The notes below the pieces were generated by a model. The model was not told the origin of the DNA, did not search any database, and was given only the letters and a program-made list of their open reading frames with translations. A stretch of DNA of 64,000 nt. Source: Candidatus Marinacidobacterium sp. (GTDB lineage: Bacteria; Acidobacteriota; Vicinamibacteria; Marinacidobacterales; Marinacidobacteraceae). The position numbers were made by a program, and so were the translations under genes. Numbering within the stretch: position 1 is the stretch's first letter; every line of letters starts with the position of its first letter. This document shows, piece after piece, positions 18,411 through 28,551 of the stretch. The stretch lies in NCBI GenBank assembly GCA_965204755.1, contig OZ242011.1, positions 32,001-96,000 on the forward strand, given 5' to 3'.

Positions 18411-20909
18411 TCAGCGGCTCTCCGGCCCGGGCGGGAACGCGATCTCGACGCTCCAGGAGTCGCCTTCGCCCGGGGCCCACTGTCCGGTGCGCAGACGGGC
18501 GACCGGGAAGTCCGGCAACGGGAGGATGGCGAGGCACCGACCGTCGTCGAGTCGTCCCCGCTCCCCGAACGCGAAGTCCCGGTTCTCGAAGCCGTGTTCC
18601 CGACGCCTTCCCGGCAACGCGTCCGGGGCCTCCGGGTAGAAGTGGGCGAAGAAGCGCTGTTCCGCTTCGCCCGGGGAGCAGGGTTCCCGGAGATAGAGCA
18701 GCGCGCGCCCGTCGAGGTAGAGGTCGAAGGGCGCGCGGGCGGCGGGATCGCCGAAGGCGCCGGACGAGATCGCCCGGTAGGCGGCGAGGTACCGGTCGGC
18801 GTCCAGTCGGCCGGAGGCGGTCCAGGCCTCGCCGGCGCCGCGGCCGAACTCGAAGGGGCGGATCGTCGCGCTTCCGGTCCTCTCGGTCGCGAACTGGCCG
18901 GTCGAGAACCGCGAGACCTCGTAGCGCGGCAGCGGCACGACCGCCGCGCAGGCGCGCTCCCCGGACGCGTCCCGGAGGACGCGCCCGTACGCCCCGAAGA
19001 CGAAATCGCGGTTGTCGAAGCCGTGGCGGCGCCGATCCGGAGGCAGGGACTCCGCCGAGGCCGGGAACAGGTGCAGCCGGAACCTCGCCCGGACATCCTC
19101 TTCCGCGCAGGGGCGGCGGTGATAGACGAGCGCGTCCCGCCCCGGGTAGATCCCGGTGTTCCGGTCGGCGTACACCGCGAACCTTCCTTCGGCGGCCGGT
19201 TGCCCCAGGGCGCCGGAGGCGGCGGCCCGCTCCGCCGAGACGAGCGGGTCGAGGCGGGGGGCCGCGCCGGCGGCCCGGCGGTACACCGCCCCGTCGGCGA
19301 GTTCCGCCACCGTCTGCAGTCCCGGGAGCGTCCGCAGGAGGCCGGCGGCGAACTCGCAGGGCGGAGCCCAAGTGTGGTGGAACACCACGACGAGCCGCCC
19401 CTCGCGCATCCCCGCCAGCCATGCCAGGAGCCGCTCCCGCTCGCTCCGGAACCTCCCTTCGTTCGCGCAGGGCCACGGGTAATGCCTCCCTACCGTCGCC
19501 GTTCCGAGGAAGTCCACGACCGCCGGCTCGTTCGAATACACCGGCCCGGCTACGGCGTTCTCCCGGAGGTAGGCGAGGGTCTCCGAGCGGCTCCGGGCCG
19601 GCCCGGCGTAGCCGAGGTACCGGTCGCCCCGGTTCGCTTCGGCGATCGCCCGGGCGTGCGGCCGCGCCTGTCCCGCTGTCCACAGGCCGAGGACGAGGAA
19701 GAGGAGCGCCGCCGCCGGGCGGAACCGCCGGGCGGGCGGCGGGCCGGCGCGGGGGGGGATCGGCGCCCGCCGCTTCCCGAGGGCGAGGAGCCGGTCCAAC
19801 GAGGTTGCCAGCGCTACGAGCAGCGGCAGGTAGAGGGGGACGAGGTAGCGCGGCGCGACGCCCTCCGCCGCTTCGCCGCGCGCGACGGCGACGACCAGCG
19901 CGGCGGCGTAGGCCAGCGAAAAACCGCCGAACACCGCGACCGGCCGCCAGCCGGAAGCCCCCTCCGCCGTTCCCGGTGAACGCCGGCCCGCGAACGCCGC
20001 GGCGACCAGCGCGCCGGCGGCCAGGCCCGCGAGGTACGGGAGCGCCGCCCCGAGGCCGGGCAAGTCGAAGTCGAACCAGGAGAGGAGGCCGCGTCCGAGC
20101 CAACCCGCGACCCCTCCCGCCGGCGACGAAGCCCCCGCGCCGAGGCGCAGGTCCCCGTCCACCAGCCGGTGGCGGAGGATCCAGAGTCCGAGGGGCCCGA
20201 CGGCGACCGCCGCATGGACCGCCGCCCGCCCGAGCCGCCGGCGGAGCGGCTCGCGGCGGTCGAGCAGGAGGGCGAGGCCGACCACCGCCCCGAGGACCAC
20301 GCCCACGAACCGGGTCAGCAGCGCCAGCGCGCAGAACACGGACGCCGGGAGGAAGGAGGCGGGCCGTCCGGCGGGGGATCCCGGGGCCCGGCGGGCGAGG
20401 AAGTCGTCGCACCGGATCAGCGCCAGGACCGAAAACACCAGGAACGGCGCGTCGCTGAGCGCCCAGGAGGCCGTTTCGGCGAGCGGCAGCGAGAGCGCGG
20501 CGGCGCACGCGGCCCAGCCGGCCAGGAAGCGCGAATCGAAGCGCGAGTCGAGCCGGGCGGCGAGATACCGCGCGACGAGGAAGACCGAGAGCCCGAAGGC
20601 GGCCGCGCCGAGCGGCCCGGCGACCCGCAGGGGGTCGAACGCGCCGAGACTCGCCGCGGCGAGCAGCAGCGGGTAGAGGGGCGGCCAGAAGCCGGTGAAG
20701 ACGCTCCCGTCGAAGTGGGTGAGGCCCTCGCCCGCCAGCAGGTTCCGCGCGGCGGCCAGGTAGTGGAGCGAGTCGAGATCGAGCCGGACCCCGTACTCCG
20801 CCTGCCGCGCGAGGACCAGCGAAACGCCGAGCGCCGCCGCCGCGAGCGGGATGAGCAGGCGGCCGGCGAGGCCCCGCCGAGGAGTCTCCGGCGGCGGGGC
20901 GTCAGTCAT
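18411..20909 (-). CDS. GT-C-like membrane glycosyltransferase with two C-terminal FFLH/GFENRDF domains
   Basis: DSLHYLAAARNLLAGEG, WPPLYPLLLA, LSDAPF, RFVG and PRYLVPLY, then two repeats of the conserved domain. Confidence 0.8.
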   Translation of the reverse strand: MTDAPPPETPRRGLAGRLLIPLAAAALGVSLVLARQAEYGVRLDLDSLHYLAAARNLLAGEGLTHFDGSVFTGFWPPLYPLLLAAASLGAFDPLRVAGPLGAAAFGLSVFLVARYLAARLDSRFDSRFLAGWAACAAALSLPLAETASWALSDAPFLVFSVLALIRCDDFLARRAPGSPAGRPASFLPASVFCALALLTRFVGVVLGAVVGLALLLDRREPLRRRLGRAAVHAAVAVGPLGLWILRHRLVDGDLRLGAGASSPAGGVAGWLGRGLLSWFDFDLPGLGAALPYLAGLAAGALVAAAFAGRRSPGTAEGASGWRPVAVFGGFSLAYAAALVVAVARGEAAEGVAPRYLVPLYLPLLVALATSLDRLLALGKRRAPIPPRAGPPPARRFRPAAALLFLVLGLWTAGQARPHARAIAEANRGDRYLGYAGPARSRSETLAYLRENAVAGPVYSNEPAVVDFLGTATVGRHYPWPCANEGRFRSERERLLAWLAGMREGRLVVVFHHTWAPPCEFAAGLLRTLPGLQTVAELADGAVYRRAAGAAPRLDPLVSAERAAASGALGQPAAEGRFAVYADRNTGIYPGRDALVYHRRPCAEEDVRARFRLHLFPASAESLPPDRRRHGFDNRDFVFGAYGRVLRDASGERACAAVVPLPRYEVSRFSTGQFATERTGSATIRPFEFGRGAGEAWTASGRLDADRYLAAYRAISSGAFGDPAARAPFDLYLDGRALLYLREPCSPGEAEQRFFAHFYPEAPDALPGRRREHGFENRDFAFGERGRLDDGRCLAILPLPDFPVARLRTGQWAPGEGDSWSVEIAFPPGPESR

Positions 20910-20957
20910 GGAACGGCGGGGGGAACGGCGGGGGGAACGACGGGAGGAACGGCGGGG
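20910..20957. repeat. 12-bp tandem repeat x4 (ggaacggcgggg) directly upstream of the ATG at 20909
   Basis: Read directly; one copy is ggaacgacggga. Confidence 0.85.
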
Positions 20958-21065
20958 GAGGCGGCGCGGCGCCCGGTGATTTTCGCCGGCCCCCGCTCCC
21001 CGGCGCGCCGGGCCGGCCCGCGCTCCGGCGGCGCCTCTTCGTCGGGCCCGCCGATCGGGCGGCGC

Positions 21066-21887
21066 TCAGCGCCGTGGCGCCGAGGCCCGGCCGGCCGCAG
21101 CGCGGGCCGGGGCCGCGGCCGGCGGTTTCGAGAACACCGCGGCGAAGTTGGTTCCCAGCACCCGCGCCGCCGGGCCGCCGTCCGCGCCGAACCGAAGCCC
21201 CCAGGGCGGGAAGAAGGAGAACCACTGCTCGGGTCGGAGCCCGGCCCGCCCGGCGGCGGCGAGGATCGCCTCCGGCGGGTAGTGGAAGACCGGCGTCTCC
21301 GTCCGCCCGCGCAGCCGGTCGAGCAGGGCGGCGCCGAACGCGGCCGCGCGGCGGACCCAGGCCCGGCGGTCGGGCCAGACGATCATCATCCTGCCTCCGG
21401 GCCGGAGGATCCGCGCCGCTTCGGCCACCAGGGTCGAGGCCGCGGTCGGGTCGTGCTGCTGGATGACCTCGACGGACAACGAGAGGGCGAAGACGCCCTC
21501 CCGGAACGGCAGTCGGAGCGCGTCCCCGCGCACGCCGACCAGCCCCGCCCGGGCCGCCGCCTCGCAGGCCGTCCGGTTGAAGTCGAGCCCGACGACGCGG
21601 CTTCCGAGCCGGACGAGCGGCTCGGTCATCAGGCCGACGCCGCAGCCGAGGTCCGCGATCGGCCCACCGTTCGGGGTCGCGCCGGACGCCGCGCGCGCGG
21701 TCTCCAGAACGACTTCCCGCTCCCGCCGGAACCAGCGCGCCGAGAGGTACCCCGACGCCTTCGGGCTCCGCGGCCCGTGGGCCGCGTAGGCCTCGTCGTA
21801 GAAGTCGCTGCCGTGCCGCCGCTCCCCCTTCTCCGCGGCCCGGACCGCCGCGCGCCCGGGAGGCGGCCGCGGAGTTCGCCCGGTCAT
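21066..21887 (-). CDS. Class I SAM-dependent methyltransferase (Methyltransf_11-like)
   Basis: IADLGCGVG, VVGLDF, GDALRLPF and EAARILRPGG. Confidence 0.9.
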   Translation of the reverse strand: MTGRTPRPPPGRAAVRAAEKGERRHGSDFYDEAYAAHGPRSPKASGYLSARWFRREREVVLETARAASGATPNGGPIADLGCGVGLMTEPLVRLGSRVVGLDFNRTACEAAARAGLVGVRGDALRLPFREGVFALSLSVEVIQQHDPTAASTLVAEAARILRPGGRMMIVWPDRRAWVRRAAAFGAALLDRLRGRTETPVFHYPPEAILAAAGRAGLRPEQWFSFFPPWGLRFGADGGPAARVLGTNFAAVFSKPPAAAPARAAAGRASAPRR

Positions 21888-21912
21888 GCCCGCCCGCGAG
21901 GCGCCGGGGGCC

Positions 21913-22851
21913 TCAATAGTCGGCCAGGTACCGGCACAGCGCGGGGCCGACCCGGCGGGTCAGCGGACGGGGGAGGGCGCGCCAGAACCGCTGCGCCGTC
22001 GCATAGCGGCCGTAGAGGTCCGCGGAACGGTCGGAGAACCAGCGGAGCGGGATCGCCGTCGCGCCGAAGTTGCGCTTGAAGACATACGCCCCCTGCCCCG
22101 CCGACGACCGGCCGAAGTCCACGACTTCCACGCCGTCCCGGAGAGCGGTCTCGACCCAGCCCCAGAACAGCAGCGAGCCCGGGTAGTCCCGGCGGCGGAG
22201 CGCCCCGCTCCACGGCGCCCAGGCCAGCGATCCGTCCCGCAGCCAGATCAGCGCGGCCGCCGGTCGGCGAGCCGCGCCGTCCCGCACCACCAGGATGCGC
22301 GCGCCCAACTCGCTCACCAGCGCCGAGAACAACTTCGAAGGAACCATCGGGGACCCGTGCCGTTCGAAAGCGCGCCGGGCCAGGTCGTGGAAGGCGCCGA
22401 CCGCCGGAGCGCCGTCCTCTTCGGAAACGGTGTAGCCGGCCTCCCGGGCGCGGCGGATGGAGCGGCGCGCCCTCCGGGACAGCGCCCGCGTCCAGATCTC
22501 GCGGGAGTCGCGGCCCCAGGCGGAGAGGTCGAGTCGCTGCGCGGCGGGCGAACCCGGCGGCGGGTCGCCGTCGGTCGGTGATCCGAGCACCCGGATGTTG
22601 TAGGCCCGGCCCTTCGCCTCCCGGGCGAGGGCCTCCGCCCCGCTTCGATCGAGGTCGGAGGAGTTGAGGCCCGGCACATAGGCCCAGGTCGGTCTCCCCA
22701 GCGGCGAAGGCACGACCGCCCACCCTCCCTCGCTCCGCCAGCGGTACACGCCGCAGTAGATCGCCCGCCAGGCCGCGACGAACCCCGGACTGTGCCGACG
22801 GAGCAGGTTCGGCGAGGGCCCGCGGGGCGGCCGGGCCGGACCCGCCGTCAT
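21913..22851 (-). CDS. FemAB-like/GNAT family protein, copy 1
   Basis: RRARRSIRRA, HGSP, LLFWGWVE.A...G..VVDFGRS...GAYVFKRNFGA and a terminal ..GPALCRYLADY. Confidence 0.8.
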   Translation of the reverse strand: MTAGPARPPRGPSPNLLRRHSPGFVAAWRAIYCGVYRWRSEGGWAVVPSPLGRPTWAYVPGLNSSDLDRSGAEALAREAKGRAYNIRVLGSPTDGDPPPGSPAAQRLDLSAWGRDSREIWTRALSRRARRSIRRAREAGYTVSEEDGAPAVGAFHDLARRAFERHGSPMVPSKLFSALVSELGARILVVRDGAARRPAAALIWLRDGSLAWAPWSGALRRRDYPGSLLFWGWVETALRDGVEVVDFGRSSAGQGAYVFKRNFGATAIPLRWFSDRSADLYGRYATAQRFWRALPRPLTRRVGPALCRYLADY

Positions 22852-22918
22852 CCGGTCATCTCCCGGTTCACCAAGCCGGTCATCAAGCCGTTCAACAGGC
22901 CGTTCATCGGGCCGGTCG

Positions 22919-23830
22919 CTAGTAGTCCGCCAGGTAGCGGCACAGTTTCGGCCCCAGCCGCCGGGAGACCGCGCCGGGCAGGGCGCGAAAGACGCGCCTC
23001 GCCGGGGCGTACTTCCGGTAGAGGTTCGCCGGCCGGTCGGCGAGCCGGGACACCGGCGTGGGCGACGCCCCGAAACTCGCCTTGAACCGGAAGGAGCCGC
23101 TCCCCGGGGCGCAACTCCCCCAGTCCAGCACCTCGGCGCCGGCCCTCGCGGCCTCTTCGACCATGGCCCAGGACAGCAGGTGGCCGGGTCGGTCGGGACT
23201 CCGCCGCGCCCCTCCCCACGGCACGAACGCGAGCGGGCCGTCCGGGAGCCAAAGCAGGGCCGCGGCGACCTCCCCCCGCCTCGTCCGGACCACCAGGATC
23301 CGCCCTCCCATCTCGCGGACCGCCGCCGCGAAGAGCCTCTCCGGAGGCGCCGGCGCCCCGTTCCGGGCGAGCGCGAGCCGCGCCATCGCGACGAGCGCGG
23401 CCACCGCCTCCGGCCCGGACTCCTCGCCGACCGCGCATCCGGCGCGGCGCGCGCGGCGCACGGCCAGCCGGGCGTTCCGTCCCACCCCGGCCTTCCAGAC
23501 GGCGGAGGGGTCCCCGCCGAACGAGGCCAGGTCCAGCCGCATCACCACCCGCGGCCCCGGCCCCGGCCCCGCCTCCCCGCCGAGGCGCCCGAGCACGCGG
23601 ATGTTGAAGGCCCGCCCCCGCGCCTCCCGAGCGAGGGCCTCCGCTTCGGGGGGCGCGAGGTCGGTGTAGCCGAGGCCGGGGAGGTAGGAGAGGACCGGCG
23701 GGCCGAGGAGCGACGGCACCGCCGCGAACGGCCCCTCCCGCCGCCAGCGGTACGCCGAGCAATAGACCTCCCGCCAGGCGGCGACGAACTCCGCCCCGTG
23801 TCCGGCGGACGCCGGCCGGACTCCGCTCAC
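22919..23830 (-). CDS. FemAB-like/GNAT family protein, copy 2
   Basis: Paralog of 21913..22851 (FVAAWR.VY..YRW, LDWGS, FKASFGA, LCRYLADY). The GTG at 23830 is coupled to the upstream TGA. Confidence 0.8.
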   Translation of the reverse strand: MSGVRPASAGHGAEFVAAWREVYCSAYRWRREGPFAAVPSLLGPPVLSYLPGLGYTDLAPPEAEALAREARGRAFNIRVLGRLGGEAGPGPGPRVVMRLDLASFGGDPSAVWKAGVGRNARLAVRRARRAGCAVGEESGPEAVAALVAMARLALARNGAPAPPERLFAAAVREMGGRILVVRTRRGEVAAALLWLPDGPLAFVPWGGARRSPDRPGHLLSWAMVEEAARAGAEVLDWGSCAPGSGSFRFKASFGASPTPVSRLADRPANLYRKYAPARRVFRALPGAVSRRLGPKLCRYLADY

Positions 23831-24669
23831 CGGCCGGCCCCGAGGAGTCGTTCGTGGCACTCGGTCATCGTCGAGAAACGGTAGCCCCGCCCGGCGAGGC
23901 GCTCCCGCATCTCCGGGAAGTCCGCGAACCCGCGCTGGCCCCGGCGCGAAAGGAGTTGCGCCGCCTTCAGCCAGAGCGGGCCCGGGGAGCGGCCGATCCG
24001 GCCGTCCGGGACCAGGTCCACCAGGTGCATCGCGTAGATCAGGAGGTCGGGCAGTCCGGCGGCGGCGTGGAGCCAGGACTCGACCCGCCGCCCCATCAGG
24101 CAGCGGTACGGCTGCGTGAAGGGAATCCCGGGGCGGCGCCAACTCGCCACCGGCAGTTCCGCCAGCGTTTCGTCGAGGACGAACCAGTCCGCGCTGCGGA
24201 AGACCCGCTCCCGGCGCGCGCCGTGCCCGATGCCGGGGAGGATCGAGGAGTCCCAGGCGAAGCCCAGGGAGCGGAGCGCCCCGAAGACCTCCTCGGTGAG
24301 ACCGTAGTTCTTCGCCCGGTAGCCGAGCGGCGCCCTCCCGAGGAACCGGGAATAGACCGAGGCGCTCTCGGCGAGACTCGCGGCGTCGTCGCCCGGCGCC
24401 CGGTGGTCGTAGCAGTGGAGGTGGAGGTCCGCCCCCGACTCGGCCAGGCCCTCCACCAGGTCGGGGCGCTCCCGGAACAGCCGGCCCTCGACGAACGCCG
24501 AGAGCGGCAGGCCGGCGCCCCGGACGGCGGCCACGACTTCGGGCAACCGGTCGAGCGCCTCGGTCCCGTCGCCGCCGTAGTCGTATTCCACATCCATGGT
24601 GAGGACCGCGATCCGGCCCGGGGACCGCCGCCCTTCGATCCTATGGGCCGCCGTCTCGAACTTCGGCAT
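23827..24669 (-). CDS. Polysaccharide deacetylase (CE4, PuuE/DUF3473-like)
   Basis: LTMDVEYD, HLHCYDH, GYRA, WDSSILP, ELPVA and YAMHLVDL. Confidence 0.85.
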   Translation of the reverse strand: MPKFETAAHRIEGRRSPGRIAVLTMDVEYDYGGDGTEALDRLPEVVAAVRGAGLPLSAFVEGRLFRERPDLVEGLAESGADLHLHCYDHRAPGDDAASLAESASVYSRFLGRAPLGYRAKNYGLTEEVFGALRSLGFAWDSSILPGIGHGARRERVFRSADWFVLDETLAELPVASWRRPGIPFTQPYRCLMGRRVESWLHAAAGLPDLLIYAMHLVDLVPDGRIGRSPGPLWLKAAQLLSRRGQRGFADFPEMRERLAGRGYRFSTMTECHERLLGAGR

Positions 24670-25042
24670 CGCCGCGCCTCCGGCGTCCGCGCTCCTCGGC
24701 CAGTTCGTCCTGCAGCAGGGCCACTTCCTGGGTCAGGTTCTTGATGCGGAGCGAGAACTCGCTGACCTTCACCGACAGTTGGAGGATCAGCAGCGCGCAC
24801 ATCAGGATGCCGACCGCGATCACCACGGTTACGGAATCCCCGATCTCCGCCCACTCGGCGAAGGCGGCCACCGGCGCGAGCCACAGCCGGTAGGTCATGA
24901 AGACGAACGCCATCAGGATCCACAGCGCGGCGTAGCGCTCCTGCAGGAGGTCGCGGCGGATGAGTTCGAGCACCGCGGCGAGGAGGGCGAGTCCGACGAG
25001 GAGCGCCGACCAGGAATGGACCGGGGGGATCGCCTCAGCCAT
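24641..25042 (-). CDS. DUF2304 small membrane protein (GacJ-like partner of a polyprenol-P-sugar synthase)
   Basis: ELIRR..LQERYAALW, three TM segments and a C-terminal LSVKVS...IKNLTQEVAL. Coupled to the GT2 gene. Confidence 0.85.
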   Translation of the reverse strand: MAEAIPPVHSWSALLVGLALLAAVLELIRRDLLQERYAALWILMAFVFMTYRLWLAPVAAFAEWAEIGDSVTVVIAVGILMCALLILQLSVKVSEFSLRIKNLTQEVALLQDELAEERGRRRRGDAEVRDGGP

Positions 25043-25784
25043 GGACGCCGCGCTCCTCGACCGGGCGCAGCCGGGAAACGAACAGCGACACCACCACCTT
25101 GAACATGTACCAGAGCGGCGCGAACCCCCGGTGGAGTTGTCCGCCGGTCTCGTTGAAATACATGTACACCGGGACTTCGCCGAGCCGGTAGCCGCTGCGG
25201 AGCAGCGAGAACACCACATCGGCGTCCGGGAAGTCGTAGGGGCGCCGGTCGCGGACCATGAACTCCAGGCAGTCGCGGTTCATGGCCAGGCAGCCGGAAG
25301 TCGGGTCGGTGACCCGGGCGCCGGTCATCAGCCGGAGGAGGAGCCGGAACAGCCGGATGCCGGCCCGCCGCGGGGCGGTCCCCCGGTAGAGCCGGCCCGC
25401 CGGCGGGAACGGTTCGAGCGCCGCCGGCAGGAACCGGGAGCCGATCACCAGGTCCCGGTCGGCGAGGGCGGCCTCCAGCCGGGGGAGGAACCGGGGGTCG
25501 TGCTGGCCGTCGCCGTCGAGTTGCAGCAGGCGCCGGTACCCGCGGGCCAGTGCGTACTTGTAGCCGGTCTGGACGGCGGCGCCGTAGCCGAGCCGAGCCG
25601 GGTGGCGCAGCGTCCGGACGCCGCGGCGGGCGAGGATCGCCGGGGAGTCGTCGGTGGAGGCGTCGTCGATCGCGACGAGGTCGTAACCCTCCCGCCGGGT
25701 GACTTCGAGCAGGGCGGCGAGGAGGCCCGGAAGCCGCGGCGCCTCGTTCCGCACGGGGAAGACGACGAGGACCGGCGGCGTCAT
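25035..25784 (-). CDS. DPM1-like GT2, polyprenol-phosphate glycosyltransferase
   Basis: FPVRNE, IDDASTD, LGYGAAVQTGYKYA, QLDGDGQH, DLVIGSRF and VTDPTSG. Confidence 0.92.
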   Translation of the reverse strand: MTPPVLVVFPVRNEAPRLPGLLAALLEVTRREGYDLVAIDDASTDDSPAILARRGVRTLRHPARLGYGAAVQTGYKYALARGYRRLLQLDGDGQHDPRFLPRLEAALADRDLVIGSRFLPAALEPFPPAGRLYRGTAPRRAGIRLFRLLLRLMTGARVTDPTSGCLAMNRDCLEFMVRDRRPYDFPDADVVFSLLRSGYRLGEVPVYMYFNETGGQLHRGFAPLWYMFKVVVSLFVSRLRPVEERGVHG

Positions 25785-25791
25785 CGGGAAC

Positions 25792-25859
25792 GGGAATTCA
25801 AGAGGAATTCAGGGGGAATTCGGGGGGAATTCAGCGGGAATTCGGGAGGAATTCAGGGA
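25792..25859. repeat. Six GAATTC palindromes at exact 11-bp spacing upstream of the GT2 start
   Basis: GAATTC starts at 25794, 25805, 25816, 25827, 25838 and 25849. Confidence 0.95.
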
Positions 25860-25957
25860 ACGCGCCGCCGGGAGCGCAGCCGTCGGGCGGGGCCGCGCCG
25901 CGGGGCCGATCGGCGGCGAAACGGGAAATCCTAGTCTCCGGCCCGGCGGGCGCCGCG

Positions 25958-28551
25958 TTATTCGGGCAGCGTCAGGGACACGCTCCAGAGGTCGCCGGCG
26001 CCGGGGACCCACTGTCCGGCGCGGAGGCGGCCCGTCCGGGGCGGAAGCCGGGCGACCGCCACGCAGGCCCCGTCCACGGTCGCCCCGCGCGTCTCGAAAC
26101 GGAAGTCGCGGTTCTCGAATCCGGCCGGGCGGCGGGCGTCGGGAAGGCTCACCCGGGCCCGCGGATAGAGGTGGAGGAAGAACCCCGCCTGCGTGTCCTC
26201 CGGCGAACACGAGGGCCGGTGGAAGATGAGGCGCCGGCCAGGGCCGCCTTGGGCGGCGGGGACCTCGTCCAGGTAGAGATCGAAGACCGAGCGGGCGGCG
26301 GGCTCGCCGGAGACGGCGAAGGCGGCGGCGCTTCGCAGGGCCTCCCCGTCGAAGCGCGCCTCCCCTCGCCAGAGCGTCGCGCCTCCCGGAATCCACTGTC
26401 CGGTGCTCAAGTGCGAGACCCGGAACTCCGGCAGCGGAACCATCGCGACGCAGGCGGCGCCGAGGAACACGCCCCGTTCCGGGAACGGGAAGTCCCGGTT
26501 CAGGAACCCGGGCGGCTCGGCGGCCGGGGGAGCGCCTCGCGCTCCGCCCGCAGCGCGTCGGCGTCGAAGTCGCCCCGGTACGGTCGGCCCTCGAAGGCTC
26601 CGGGGAGCGCGTCGGGGTCCTCCGGGTGGAAGTGGAGGAAGAACGGCGCCGGGAGGTCGTCCGTCGGGCAGGGCTCGGCGAAGTACGCGACCTCGTCCCC
26701 CAGGCGGTACAGGTCGAAGTTCGAGCGGAAGAGCGGCGCCCCCGCGGCCCCGGCGGTGATCGCGTCGTACGCCTCCCGGAAGCGGTCGGGGCGCGGCGGC
26801 GCCCCGCGCGCCACTTCGTACGCCGCGCCGTCGGCGAACCGGGCGATCGGCCGGAGGGCGGGCGCCGTCTCGAGGGGCGGCGGAGGGGCGTGGGGGTAGT
26901 AGCCGTTGATCCGGTCTTGTATCCACACGATCCAACTGCCGTCGGGAGGGCCCGGCGCGCCTTCCGGCGCTCCCCCGCCCCGGGCGCCCTCCGGCCCGGC
27001 GTCCGGGCCACGGAGGGCGGGCGGTGCGGGCGGGGCGGCGAACCACTCCTCGAACCGGCGCTGCGGCGAATCCACCTCGCCGCGCCGGATCCGGACCTCC
27101 GGCGCCGGGAAGAACGGCAGGTACCGGTACCGGGCGCGCGGCCCCGTCGCGGAGTAGGCGAGGAGGGGTTCGTTCGAGTAGAGGATGTCCGGCAGCCGGT
27201 CAGGCAGCCGGGCCGACAGGCGGGCCCGGGCCCGGAGGAACGCGAGGATCTCGGAGTTCCGCCAGACCTCCGCCCGGATTCCGCGGTCGAGCCCGGCGTC
27301 CTCCGCGTTCGCGCGGCGGATGGCGCGCGCGCCGGGGGCGGCCTGGCCGAACAACCAGGCCGACAGGAGTCCGGCGAGCAAGCCGGGAAGGAGGCGCCGG
27401 CGGCGCCGGGAGATCCCGCTCCGGGCCCGCTCGGCCCGCAGCAGCCGGTCGCACCCCGCCGCGACCACCACCACGAAGACGACGAAGAGCGGCGTCAGGA
27501 AGCGGACCTTCAGCCCGGAGAGGGTCCCGCCGCCGCCCACGCTCAGCATCACGAACGCGTAGTGCAGGAGGCCGAACGCGCCGAACAGCGCCGCCGGGGA
27601 CCGGACCGGGCGCCCCCCGGAGGCCGCATCGGCGCCCGGCGGCTGGCCGAGGGGAGAACGCGCCGGAGAGCCGCCGGCGAAGAAAGCGGCGAGGCAGGCC
27701 GCGAGGGCGGCCGCGGAGAGCGTGAGGAAGCCGAAGTCGAACTCCAGCCAGCGGGCGAGGTCGCCGAGGCCGTCCCGGAAGAGGTCCCCGAGGTCGTAGT
27801 AACCCGGGCGGCGCCGGTGCCCGGTGAGCATCCCGGTGTGCAAGTGGTTCCGCAGCAGCCAGAGCGCCATCGGCGCCGAGGCCAAGGCCAGGAAGGCGGC
27901 GCACCGCCGGGCGCGCCGGCCGAACGGCGCTCCCTTCGTCAGCAGGAGCGCCCCCGCCGCCGCGGCGACGGCCGCCGCTCCGGGGTATCTCGCGAGCCAG
28001 GCGAGCGCCCCGAATCCGGCGGCGGCGGCCAGGCGCCGGCGGCCGCCGCCCTCCAGGTACCGGTCCGTCGAGACCAGCGTCAGGACGGCGAACAGGATGC
28101 ACAGCGGATCGGAGAGCCCCCGGGACGCCAGGTCGGCGAGCGGCAGCGAGAGCGCCAGCGCCGCCGGCGCCCAGAGCCGGAGGAAACCGGATTCGAGACG
28201 GCGGTCGAGATGGCGCCCGACCACGAAGACGGTGAGCCCCAGCGCCAGGGCGCCGAGCGGCCCGGCGACCGCCTCCGGGTCGAGCCCGAACAGGCCGAAC
28301 GCCGCGAGCGCGAGCGGATACAGCGGCGGCCACAGGGTGGAGGGCGTCCCGTCCACATCCGCGAACCCCTCCCCGGCCAGCAGGTGGCGGGCGATGGCGA
28401 GGTAGTTGATGCCGTCGTGCGACAGCGCCGCGCCGTGCGCCGCCTGGCGGGCGAGCGCGAGCCCGGCCGCCAGCGCGGACAGGGCGGCGATGACCGCGGT
28501 GGAACCGCCGGGGCGCCGGCCGGGTTCGATCCGGAGGGGCGGCCCGCTCAC
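25958..28551 (-). CDS. GT-C-like membrane glycosyltransferase with two FFLH domains; frameshift at G5 26526-26530
   Basis: ORF 26500..28551 (HDGINYLAIARHLLAGEG, WPPLYP, FFLHFHP) continues into the C-part of ORF 25958..27046 (GFLNRDF..LSTGQW..FFLHLYP..GFENRDF) if one base is added to the G5 run. Confidence 0.75.

Noticed and set aside
25792-25859. Short repeats (here, 20910-20957, 34548-34600) as CRISPR arrays
   Set aside because: Units are 11-15 bp with no unique spacers, and there are no cas genes.
26526-26530. G5 frameshift as programmed or phase-variable
   Set aside because: The run is too short; a single-base sequencing error or simple mutation is more likely.
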